The position numbers and the translations under genes were made by a program. 64,000 nt of DNA, from NCBI GenBank assembly GCA_943787795.1, contig CALSNU010000002.1, positions 96,001-160,000 on the forward strand. The letters run 5' to 3'. This DNA is from an uncultured bacterium (lineage in GTDB: Bacteria; Planctomycetota; UBA1135; GCA-002686595). Under the pieces are notes generated by a model that saw only the letters and a program-made list of their open reading frames with translations, was not told the DNA's origin and did not search any database. Shown here piece after piece: positions 56,342-64,000 of this stretch (positions are counted from its first letter, which is position 1; each line of letters starts with the position of its first letter).

Positions 56342-57636
56342 GCGGTCACCTCCGCCGGCGCCGGCCGGGACCAGGCGACCACTCGCCGATCAGGGCGCAG
56401 GAGGCGCTCGCAGGTGGCCATGAGCGAGCTGGCGTTCACCGATGCACGCCGCGCCTCGACCTCGAGGGCGTCCTGCCAGCGGAGGTCCGTCGCGTACTCT
56501 CCCAGGGTCTCGGCCACGTCCGTCACGGTCTCCGAATCAAAGGCCTCGCTCGCAGCCAGGAGCTTCTGGGCGCGGGTCATCTCGCCTTCTGCGACGAGCT
56601 CCACGCAGAGGCGCGCCACCTCCTCATGGATCGCCGCCTCGAGCTGCTCCGTGTCGGCGCCATGGACCGCCTCGGCATAGATCCAGAAGCCGCCGCCGCG
56701 GGCGCGCGCATCGTTGTTGGCGGACACGCTGGTGGCGAGCCCCTCGTCGATCACGAGCCGGCGGTAGAGCCGAGAGAGCTTCCCGCTCGTGAGCACGGAG
56801 ACCACGACGTCCATGGTGAAGTCCACGTCGGAACCGAAGGGCCCGCCCGGATAGGCCACGATCATGCGCGACGCGTTGTCGTCCCACGTGGTCTCGATCC
56901 TCACCTCGCCGTCCAGCTCGACCTCGAGCGCGGGGTCGGGCCGCCCTTCGCCAACTGCCTCGTCTGCGGCTTGGTCCTCGATCGCGCCGAAGCGGGCCGC
57001 GACGGCAGCCAGGGCCGCCTCCGGCTCGACGTCGCCAGCGACCACCAGCGTCGCGTTGCCAGGCCGATAGTGACGCAGGTAGTACGCCCGCATATCGTCG
57101 GCCGTCATGGGCTCAAGGGTCTCGCGATACCCGATGACGGGCCGGGCGTAGGGGTGCTCGCCGAAGAGCGCCTCCGAGACCTTTCGACTCAGTGAGCGCC
57201 AGGGGTCGTCGAGTCCCATGGAGAGCTCCTCCAGGACGACCTTCTTCTCCGCCGCGAACTCCTCCGGATCGAGGAGCAGGCCCTGCATCCGATCGGCCTC
57301 GAGGTCGAGCGCTCGCTCCCAACGGTCCGAGGCGAACTCGAACCAGTAGGCGGTGTGGTCCGGGGTCGTGAAGGCGTTGTTGCTCCCACCCAACACCGTG
57401 GTCTCCAGGTCGATGGCGCCCTTGCCGTGCGCCTCCGTGCCCTTGAACATCATGTGCTCGAGGAAGTGGCTCACGCCCGCCTCAGGACCGGTCTCGTGCC
57501 GCGCCCCCACGCCGTACCAGACCATGACCGCCACGACGGGGTCGAGGTGACGCTCGGCGATCAGAACGCGCATCCCGTTGTCGAGCCTTCGCTCGTGCAC
57601 GGTTGCGCCGCAGTAGGTGGGGAGAGTCTTCGTCAT
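56338..57636 (-). CDS. M16B zinc peptidase, catalytic subunit
   Basis: GVSHFLEHMMFKGT, NAFTTPDHTAY, EKKVVLEE, HPYARPVIG. Confidence 0.93.
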   Translation of the reverse strand: MTKTLPTYCGATVHERRLDNGMRVLIAERHLDPVVAVMVWYGVGARHETGPEAGVSHFLEHMMFKGTEAHGKGAIDLETTVLGGSNNAFTTPDHTAYWFEFASDRWERALDLEADRMQGLLLDPEEFAAEKKVVLEELSMGLDDPWRSLSRKVSEALFGEHPYARPVIGYRETLEPMTADDMRAYYLRHYRPGNATLVVAGDVEPEAALAAVAARFGAIEDQAADEAVGEGRPDPALEVELDGEVRIETTWDDNASRMIVAYPGGPFGSDVDFTMDVVVSVLTSGKLSRLYRRLVIDEGLATSVSANNDARARGGGFWIYAEAVHGADTEQLEAAIHEEVARLCVELVAEGEMTRAQKLLAASEAFDSETVTDVAETLGEYATDLRWQDALEVEARRASVNASSLMATCERLLRPDRRVVAWSRPAPAEVTA

Positions 57637-57650
57637 GGATGTTCTGGTTC

Positions 57651-58784
57651 TCAACGGCGCCGTCGACCGCCGCGGCGGCGTGAGCCGCGAGCGCTGCCGC
57701 CGCTTCCACGCGCCCCCCGGGAGGAGCGCGCGCCACGAGCGGAGCCGCCGCCGCGCGTGGATCCGCCCGAAGAGCCGCGCCGAGAGCCCCCGCCCGAGCC
57801 ACGGTCGAAACCAGCGCCGCCCGAAGAGCGGCGCACAGGTGTCCTGGGCAGCCCCTCCGGAGCCCCGCCGGCCTCCAGCGACTCGTGCTCCGCGAGGAGC
57901 GCCTCCACCTCCTCGCGGCTGAGGGCGCGCCATTTGCCCTCGCGCAGGCCCCGGATGCCAAGGGGTCCGATCTGGGTCCGGGTGAGCGACGTCACCTTGT
58001 AGCCGACGCGCACGAAGATGCGGCGCACCTCTCGGTTGCGCCCCTCCTGGATCGTGACCTCCAGGGTGGAGCCTTTCGCGGTCCGCCGCTTCACGATCAC
58101 CCGGGCGCCCGCGGTGCGTCCCTCGGCGAGGTAGACGCCCTCGCGGATCTTCTGGACGGCATCGTCTGTGATCTGCCCCGGGATACGCACGAGGTAGGTC
58201 TTGGGGACACCGAAGCGCGGGTGCGCGATGCGCTCCGCGAACTCACCGTCGCTGGTGAGCAGCAGCAGCCCCTTCGACTCCTCGTCGAGGCGGCCCACCG
58301 TGAAGATGCGGCCCTTCTTCGGATCCGTGATCAGGTCGATGGCGCGCGGCTTGGTCTCCCGGATCTCGCTGGTGCAGACCACGCCGGCCGGCTTGTGAAG
58401 GATGTAGTAGCGGCGCTCGCGAGGGTCGGACTTGAGGATGACCCCGTCGACGTCGACCTCCTGGGTGCGGGGGTCGATCTTGGTGCCGAGCTCGGTGACG
58501 ATGTCTCCATCCACGAGCACCTTGCCGCCGAGGATCAGCTCATCGCTTCGACGACGGGAGGCGACCCCGTTGTCCGCGAGGAACTTGTTCAGGCGCACCA
58601 TCTCGGCGTCGCGCTTCGCGTCCCGCGCCGAGGACGATCGAGCGGGGAGTCGCTTGCCGCCGACCTGCTTCAGGCGCGGCCGTCCGCCCCTGGCGCTTCT
58701 GGTGCCTCTGCCGCCTCTGGCGCCGCTGCCGCTCCTGGCACCGCTGCCGCCCGAACCACGTCGGGCTCTTCTCGCTCTTCTCAT
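57651..58784 (-). CDS. RsuA/RluB-family pseudouridine synthase with S4 domain and R/G/S-rich tails
   Basis: RLNKFLADNGVASRR (S4), HKPAGVV, VGRLDEESKGLLLLT, EGRNREVRR; start uncertain. Confidence 0.92.
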   Translation of the reverse strand: MRRARRARRGSGGSGARSGSGARGGRGTRSARGGRPRLKQVGGKRLPARSSSARDAKRDAEMVRLNKFLADNGVASRRRSDELILGGKVLVDGDIVTELGTKIDPRTQEVDVDGVILKSDPRERRYYILHKPAGVVCTSEIRETKPRAIDLITDPKKGRIFTVGRLDEESKGLLLLTSDGEFAERIAHPRFGVPKTYLVRIPGQITDDAVQKIREGVYLAEGRTAGARVIVKRRTAKGSTLEVTIQEGRNREVRRIFVRVGYKVTSLTRTQIGPLGIRGLREGKWRALSREEVEALLAEHESLEAGGAPEGLPRTPVRRSSGGAGFDRGSGGGSRRGSSGGSTRGGGSARGARSSRGARGSGGSARGSRRRGGRRRR

Positions 58785-58809
58785 GTCTAGCTGTCCTGCC
58801 TCACGGCGG

Positions 58810-59838
58810 TCAGTTCCTGATGGTCGGTCGGGCCCGGAGGACCCGTAGCTCCCCGTCCGCGTCGACGATGCGCGCGTTGGGAAGGTCTGCAGGGAGCACC
58901 CATGTGCCCCCACGTGTGAGGGGAAACGCCTCGTCGTCGACTCCGTCGACGTCCAGGCGACCCGACCCAGAGAGTACGAGGATCGCCGTCGGGCGTCCCT
59001 CCGATGCCATCTCTTCCGGATCGTGAACGTCCAGAATGTCCACTTCGAAGCGCTCGCCCCTGCGCAGGGGGGCGATCTGATTGACCGAATCGGCTCCCCC
59101 TGAGCCCTGGAACTTCAGCGGCCCCGGGGGCTGTGGGGCCGCGCCGAAGTCGATCGAGCGCAGGGCCTCGTCCAGGTGCGTCTCCCGGGGACGCCCGTCG
59201 AGGCCGACCCGATCCCAGTCGTAGATCCTGTAGGTGGTGGTCGAATTCAGCTGCACCTCGGCCAGGACCAGCCCGGCCCCCATCCCGTGCACCACCCCGG
59301 GTGAGACGTCGACGCCGTCTCCCGCTCGGATCGGATATCGGCCGAGGAGATCGACCACGTCCGGCGTTGAGGCGCCGACGGCGAAGGACGTCGCGTCCAC
59401 CCCGTCGCCGAGGCCGAGGAAGACCTCCGCTCCAGGATCAGCGTCGAGCAGGTACCAGCACTCGCTCTTGGGCTGCACGCCCAGCTTGCGAGCGGCGGTC
59501 TCGTCCGGATGGACCTGGAGCGACAGGTTGGTGCGCGCCTCCACGAGCTTCAGCACGAGGGGGAACTGCTCGTCGCCATCGAGCGTGACCGCTCCCATCA
59601 GCGCCTCTCGCTCGGAGAGCATGAGCCCGCGGAGCGAACGCCCCGCGAACGGACCGCAGGAGATCACCGAGGCGTGACGGTCCTGGTCACTGACCAGGAG
59701 CACCTCGCCCACCGGTTCGGACTCGGGCCACGCAGACTCCGCCACATCCTCTGCGCAGAGGACGTCGCGCAGCGCGCTGCCACCCCAGACCTTGGGGACA
59801 GCATGCGGCTGGAGTCGGAGAGGGCGGGCGATGACCAT
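58810..59838 (-). CDS. manA: Mannose-6-phosphate isomerase, type I (cupin)
   Basis: KVWGG, FPLVLKL, LSLQVHP, KSECWY, PGVVHG, EVQLNSTTTYRIYDWDR, RETHL. Confidence 0.88.
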   Translation of the reverse strand: MVIARPLRLQPHAVPKVWGGSALRDVLCAEDVAESAWPESEPVGEVLLVSDQDRHASVISCGPFAGRSLRGLMLSEREALMGAVTLDGDEQFPLVLKLVEARTNLSLQVHPDETAARKLGVQPKSECWYLLDADPGAEVFLGLGDGVDATSFAVGASTPDVVDLLGRYPIRAGDGVDVSPGVVHGMGAGLVLAEVQLNSTTTYRIYDWDRVGLDGRPRETHLDEALRSIDFGAAPQPPGPLKFQGSGGADSVNQIAPLRRGERFEVDILDVHDPEEMASEGRPTAILVLSGSGRLDVDGVDDEAFPLTRGGTWVLPADLPNARIVDADGELRVLRARPTIRN

Positions 59839-60041
59839 GGGGCAAGCGCGAGAGCCTAGCCGCAGGGGTCAGGCCTCGGGGGCGCCAGGTCCACAGAACC
59901 CCAGTTCCACGCCGGCCCCGCGCCCGCTCCGCGCCGGCTCCACCTGGGCAGACCGGTTCGCAACCCCTGGAAGCCGCAGGTCCCGCCTGCGACGCTTCCA
60001 ACTGCAGGGTGTCCGTCCGCCGGACCTCAGCCTGAGGGAGC

Positions 60042-61766
60042 TCAGTCCGCGAGAAGACGCTGCGCCTCGGCGAGCGCCGTGGGCTCTGCGGCCCCACCGG
60101 CAATCATGTCCGCAATCTCGGCCACGCGGCCCTCGCCAGAGAGCCACTGGATCCGCGTCCGCGTCCGGCCCCCGTCCACCTCCTTGGAGACCTGGAGGTG
60201 CCGGGTCGCGCGCGCGGCGATCGCCGGCAGGTGCGTCACGCAGAGGACCTGGTGGTGCTCCCCGAGCCGCTCGAGGTTGCCAGCGACCTTCGGGCCGAGC
60301 CGTCCCCCGACACCAGCGTCCACCTCGTCGAAGATCAGCGTCGGCGTCGAGCGCCGGACGGCCAGCGCGCCGCGGAGCGCGAGGAAGATCCTGGCCGCCT
60401 CGCCGCCGGACGCGACCGCGCGCAGGGGCTGCGGGTCCTCGCCCGGATTCGCCGCGAGGAGGAGCTCCACGGCCTCAGCGCCGCTGACGCCGAACCGGCG
60501 GCGATCCGTCTCGGGGTCAGCGTCCGCTTCGGCGACATGGGGAACGAGCGCCATGGAGAAGCGCGCGCGCTCGAGGCCGAGCTCGCCGAGCCCGCCCTCG
60601 ACGGACTCTTGAAGCTTGGCGCCGAGGGCGCCGCGCGCCGCCGTCAATCGCCTCGAGGACTCGGCCAGGCTCCCGCGGGCTGCAGCGACCTCGACCTCCA
60701 GGGCCTCGCGATCCACCGACCCGTTCGCCATGAGGTCCAGCTCGTCCCGCAGGGACTGCAGCCGCTCTTCGAGGCCCGCCACGTCGGTGCCGTACTTGCG
60801 CTCCAGCCGCTCCAGCAGGCCCAGGCGATCCTCGACGTGCTGCAGGCGCGCGGGGTCGGCGTCTACTCCGTCGAGGAAGCCGCCCAGGGAACGGCACGCC
60901 TCCTCGAGCTGAAGAGACGCCTCCCGGAAGCCCGCCGCGGGCTCCTCGAGGTCGGTCACCCGGCTCGACCAGTCGGTCACGGTGCGCTCCGCCCGGCGCA
61001 GCAGGTCGAGCGCGCTGTCCTCGGCCTCGGAGAGCCCGTGAAGCGCGGACCCAAGCTCCGTTCCCAGCTCGGCGGCGTGGCGCAGCACGCTCCGCTCGGC
61101 GCGGAGGTTCTCCGCCTCGAGGGCCGAGGGGTTCGACTCCTCGAGCTCGCCCACCTGAAACCGGACGAGGTCGAGGCGCTGAAGCCGCTCCGACTCCCCC
61201 GCCTCGAGGTCTTCGAGCTGGGTCACCAGCTCGAGCCAGCGAGCGCGCCGCTCCCGATAGCCCTCCAGGGTGTCCTGCAGCCCGCCAAAGGCGTCCACCA
61301 GGCGGAGCTGCTCCACGGGCTCGAACAGCCGCTGGTGCTCGTTCTGACCGTGGATCTCCACCAGCTGCCCGGCGAGGCCGCGCAGCAGCTTCTGGGTCAC
61401 GGGGCGGTGATTGACGTGGGCCCGTGTGCGCCCGTCGCGGCCGATGGTCCGCGTCAGGATGAGCTCCAGCTCGTCCTCCTGCTCCCGCTCCTCCAGGGCC
61501 TCGGGGAGATGCTCCGCGAGCCAGCGTCCCACGAGCTCGCCGTAGTCATCGAGAGGGAGGACAAACCGGCCCTCCACTCGAGCCCGCTCGGCTCCCTTGC
61601 GGACCATGGAGGCCCGTGCCCTGCGCCCCAGGAGCAGCTCGAGGGCGTCGACGAGGAGGCTCTTGCCCGCGCCGGTCTCCCCCGTCACCGCGTTCAGCCC
61701 TGTTCCAAATTCCAGCGCCGCCCGTTCAAAGAGGGCGAGGTCCTGCAGCGTGAGTTCAACCAGCAT
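60042..61766 (-). CDS. recN: DNA repair protein RecN
   Basis: TGETGAGKS, EIHGQNEHQ, ANPGE..VASGGEAAR, LIFDEVDAGVGG, CVTHLP. Confidence 0.97.
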   Translation of the reverse strand: MLVELTLQDLALFERAALEFGTGLNAVTGETGAGKSLLVDALELLLGRRARASMVRKGAERARVEGRFVLPLDDYGELVGRWLAEHLPEALEEREQEDELELILTRTIGRDGRTRAHVNHRPVTQKLLRGLAGQLVEIHGQNEHQRLFEPVEQLRLVDAFGGLQDTLEGYRERRARWLELVTQLEDLEAGESERLQRLDLVRFQVGELEESNPSALEAENLRAERSVLRHAAELGTELGSALHGLSEAEDSALDLLRRAERTVTDWSSRVTDLEEPAAGFREASLQLEEACRSLGGFLDGVDADPARLQHVEDRLGLLERLERKYGTDVAGLEERLQSLRDELDLMANGSVDREALEVEVAAARGSLAESSRRLTAARGALGAKLQESVEGGLGELGLERARFSMALVPHVAEADADPETDRRRFGVSGAEAVELLLAANPGEDPQPLRAVASGGEAARIFLALRGALAVRRSTPTLIFDEVDAGVGGRLGPKVAGNLERLGEHHQVLCVTHLPAIAARATRHLQVSKEVDGGRTRTRIQWLSGEGRVAEIADMIAGGAAEPTALAEAQRLLAD

Positions 61767-62027
61767 CGTCCAGATGAAGATCGCACGGCCCCCCCGCCCG
61801 TTGCAACCACCATCGCCACGTCCGGGCCCCGACTCATGGGCGAGGCCCCGGTGGCGCTCTCCCCCCTGTCCGCCCCCGGACGCCGCTCGTCGGCGACAAG
61901 TCCTGATCAGCTGCAGACCCCCAAGGGGCAGAAGGCCACCAAGGAGCCGAGACTCCGAAGAGCAGAGGACCCCCAGGAGCTGGAGACCCCGAGCGGCGGC
62001 AGGCCCTGCCTGCTAGCCTGAGGAGCC

Positions 62028-62843
62028 ATGGACCTGAGCTTCCCCCATGAGCCGACTGCGGACCTCCTGGAGCAGTTCCAGCGGGACGGACACATCACCC
62101 TCCGTCGGCTCCTCGATCCGCTGGAACTCGAGGTTCTCGAGCCAGGCCTCTCCGCGGCGGTACACCGCGGCGACCCGACCGCCGGAGTCCCCTGGGAGGC
62201 GCGCTCGACCTACGACCGCGCCTTCATCCAGGTCGGCGACGTGCACCGGCGCTCAGAGGATGCCCGTCGCCTCGTCTTCTCTCGCCGGCTCGCCTCCGCG
62301 GCCGCGGCCTTGCTGCGCGTGCCGACGATCCGCCTCTATCATGATCAGGCCCTCTACAAGCTCCCCACCGAGGGAGAGGGCGGCCACACGCCCTGGCACG
62401 TGGACCAGTACTACTGGCCCATGGCCACAGACCGATGCGTCACGGCCTGGATCCCGCTGGTCGACGTCCCCGACGACATGGGGCCGCTCACCTTCGCCAG
62501 CGGCAGCCACCGGCTCGAGGAGGGCCGCGACATCGAGATCTCCGACGAGAGCGAGGCCCGCTGCGACCGTGCCCTGGCCGAGGGCGGGTACATGCGCAGC
62601 CGGGAGCCCTTCGATCTGGGCGACGTCTCGTTCCACCTGGGGTGGACGTACCACAGCGCGCCACCCAATCGCAGCACCAAGGAGCGCAAGGTCATGACGG
62701 TCATCTACATGGACGGCGAGATGCGAGTCGCCGCGCCGTCCAACAGCCACCAGCACGACGACCTGAGAAAGTGGCTGCCCGGCCTGGCACCCGGGGACCT
62801 CGCCGCCAGTGAGGCGAACCCCCAGCTGTGGCCCGCAGGATGA
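62028..62843 (+). CDS. Phytanoyl-CoA dioxygenase (PhyH) family 2OG-Fe(II) oxygenase
   Basis: TPWHVDQYYW, WIPLVD, GSH, GDVSFH..TYHSAPPN..R. Confidence 0.9.
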   Translation: MDLSFPHEPTADLLEQFQRDGHITLRRLLDPLELEVLEPGLSAAVHRGDPTAGVPWEARSTYDRAFIQVGDVHRRSEDARRLVFSRRLASAAAALLRVPTIRLYHDQALYKLPTEGEGGHTPWHVDQYYWPMATDRCVTAWIPLVDVPDDMGPLTFASGSHRLEEGRDIEISDESEARCDRALAEGGYMRSREPFDLGDVSFHLGWTYHSAPPNRSTKERKVMTVIYMDGEMRVAAPSNSHQHDDLRKWLPGLAPGDLAASEANPQLWPAG

Positions 62844-62893
62844 GCACCGGCCTCCGGCGTTGATGCTCGGCGCTGCACCTTGGCAGCCGCCTC

Positions 62894-63541
62894 TCAGCGC
62901 TTGGCCAGCGCTTCGGTCTCCGCCGCACACTCCGCCTTGAGGCGCAGGAGCTCGGCGCGCACATGGGGCGGGAGGTTCGGTGCCAGGGCGCGGTCGAATT
63001 GGCCGCTGGCGAGCTCCCAGCCGTCCCTCTCCATCAGCTCCAGCGCACGGATGGCGTGGAGCACGGTCCCCGCTGGCGTCTGCTGCTCGGACCAGCGAGC
63101 CTCGGTCACCTCGATCCACGCCCGGCCCGCGTGCATCTCTCGAACGACGACCTGGAGCTCCAGGCGATCGTTGGAGCCCGCGGCGGCGAGGGCCGCAGCG
63201 GCCATCGAGCCGCGGCGCGCGAAGAGCCGCGCCTGGGGCGCGTCAAACTCCTGCTTGATCCAGAGGAACTGCTCGTCGGCCCAGAACTCGAAGGCGCGGA
63301 AGGCTCCCGGGTCGAAGCGAGTCAAGAAGGCGCTCCAGTCATCGACCTCCCGGCAGACCTGAGCCAGGACTCGCTGGGGTTCGCCGAGGCGAAGCTCTGG
63401 CCGCTGGCTCAGGTCGAGCACCGAGACCGTCGGCGCCTCTGCGACCGCGGTGGGCGAGCCACCCAGAGAGGCCGGGTCCGAGGGAGCCGGCGCCTGAAGC
63501 AGCATGGCAGCGGCGAGGGGTACGGTGAGGAGGTCGAGCAT
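62894..63541 (-). CDS. Hypothetical secreted protein
   Basis: Hydrophobic N-terminus; protein-like composition; TPR-like end. Confidence 0.6.
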   Translation of the reverse strand: MLDLLTVPLAAAMLLQAPAPSDPASLGGSPTAVAEAPTVSVLDLSQRPELRLGEPQRVLAQVCREVDDWSAFLTRFDPGAFRAFEFWADEQFLWIKQEFDAPQARLFARRGSMAAAALAAAGSNDRLELQVVVREMHAGRAWIEVTEARWSEQQTPAGTVLHAIRALELMERDGWELASGQFDRALAPNLPPHVRAELLRLKAECAAETEALAKR

Positions 63542-63621
63542 GGGCGCGGGGTCCGAGCAAGCCCTCGGCGCCCCGACGCGATGACATCGACAGGATCTCC
63601 CCGCTCCTTGAGGTCCCTGGC

Positions 63622-64000
63622 TCAGCGCCCGTGAGCGGCCTGCCAGGCCGCCATGGACGCCCGCAGGTGCACCGGGGCTGGGAGTCCGATCCCGTAGGCC
63701 TGGAGGCCCACGGGGCCCTCGAAGCCCACCTCATCGAGTAGGCGGAGCAAGCCACCCAGATCGTGATCCCCCGCACCCAGAGGCTGGATCAGCTTCGCCC
63801 AGCTCTCCCCGTCGACGTCGGCTCCGTTGACGGTCACCGCGAACAGGCGCTCCCCCGCCCCACGCAAGGCGGCGGCGGGGTCCGTCGCGTCCTGGACCCT
63901 GAGGAAGTGACAGAGGTTGAAGCAGACACCCACCTGCGGGCTGTCGAGCTCCTCCGCCAGCGCGAGAGCCTCCTCGTCGGTCTCCATCCAGAAGCCCGCG
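63622..64000 (-). CDS. Sugar phosphate isomerase/epimerase (TIM-barrel) family, 5' end outside window
   Basis: VGVCFNLCHF, IQPLGAGDHD, GFEGPVGLQ. Confidence 0.7.
   Translation of the reverse strand, partial: AGFWMETDEEALALAEELDSPQVGVCFNLCHFLRVQDATDPAAALRGAGERLFAVTVNGADVDGESWAKLIQPLGAGDHDLGGLLRLLDEVGFEGPVGLQAYGIGLPAPVHLRASMAAWQAAHGR

Noticed and set aside
55061..57636. M16 pair with one subunit lacking HxxEH
   Set aside because: Standard heterodimeric M16B arrangement; not unusual.

Overview
Very GC-rich bacterial chromosomal window with about 53 CDS. I recognised no rRNA, tRNA, CRISPR array or mobile element. The gene repertoire (ECF sigma factor/Ser-Thr kinase pair, sialate O-acetylesterases, secreted proteins sharing a conserved 'YC..NS.G...GNLCLGG.IGRY...W.RD..SNF' C-terminal domain) suggests a Planctomycetota genome; this is inference. 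Content in order: partial class-II-like uvrA coupled to ogt; an RHH-sat-sulfatase-like-cysC sulfate-activation operon; lipoproteins and an outer-membrane protein; an aminotransferase; RND efflux; an S9 peptidase; pilT; a TlpA-like redoxin; a His-rich/ABC/DUF3299 putative zinc system; LOG; AbgT; a Rieske oxygenase; TerC; apaG; ECF-STK; an M16 peptidase pair; rluB-like; manA-like; recN; PhyH. The top finding is a gene missing from the ORF track (13208-13552, minus strand). It encodes a heavy-metal-associated (HMA) lipoprotein with an in-frame TGA exactly at the first metal-binding Cys (GMT-U-GAGC), followed by a SECIS-like hairpin, so it is a likely selenoprotein. Other notable items: a shared C-terminal 'LGY(L/M)' motif in the two genes flanking the structured sat promoter region, a recurrent C-terminal domain on unrelated secreted proteins, a leaderless-mRNA signature, and several degenerate-enzyme domains. 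Start codons were chosen by eye and family calls come from motif recognition, not database searches.
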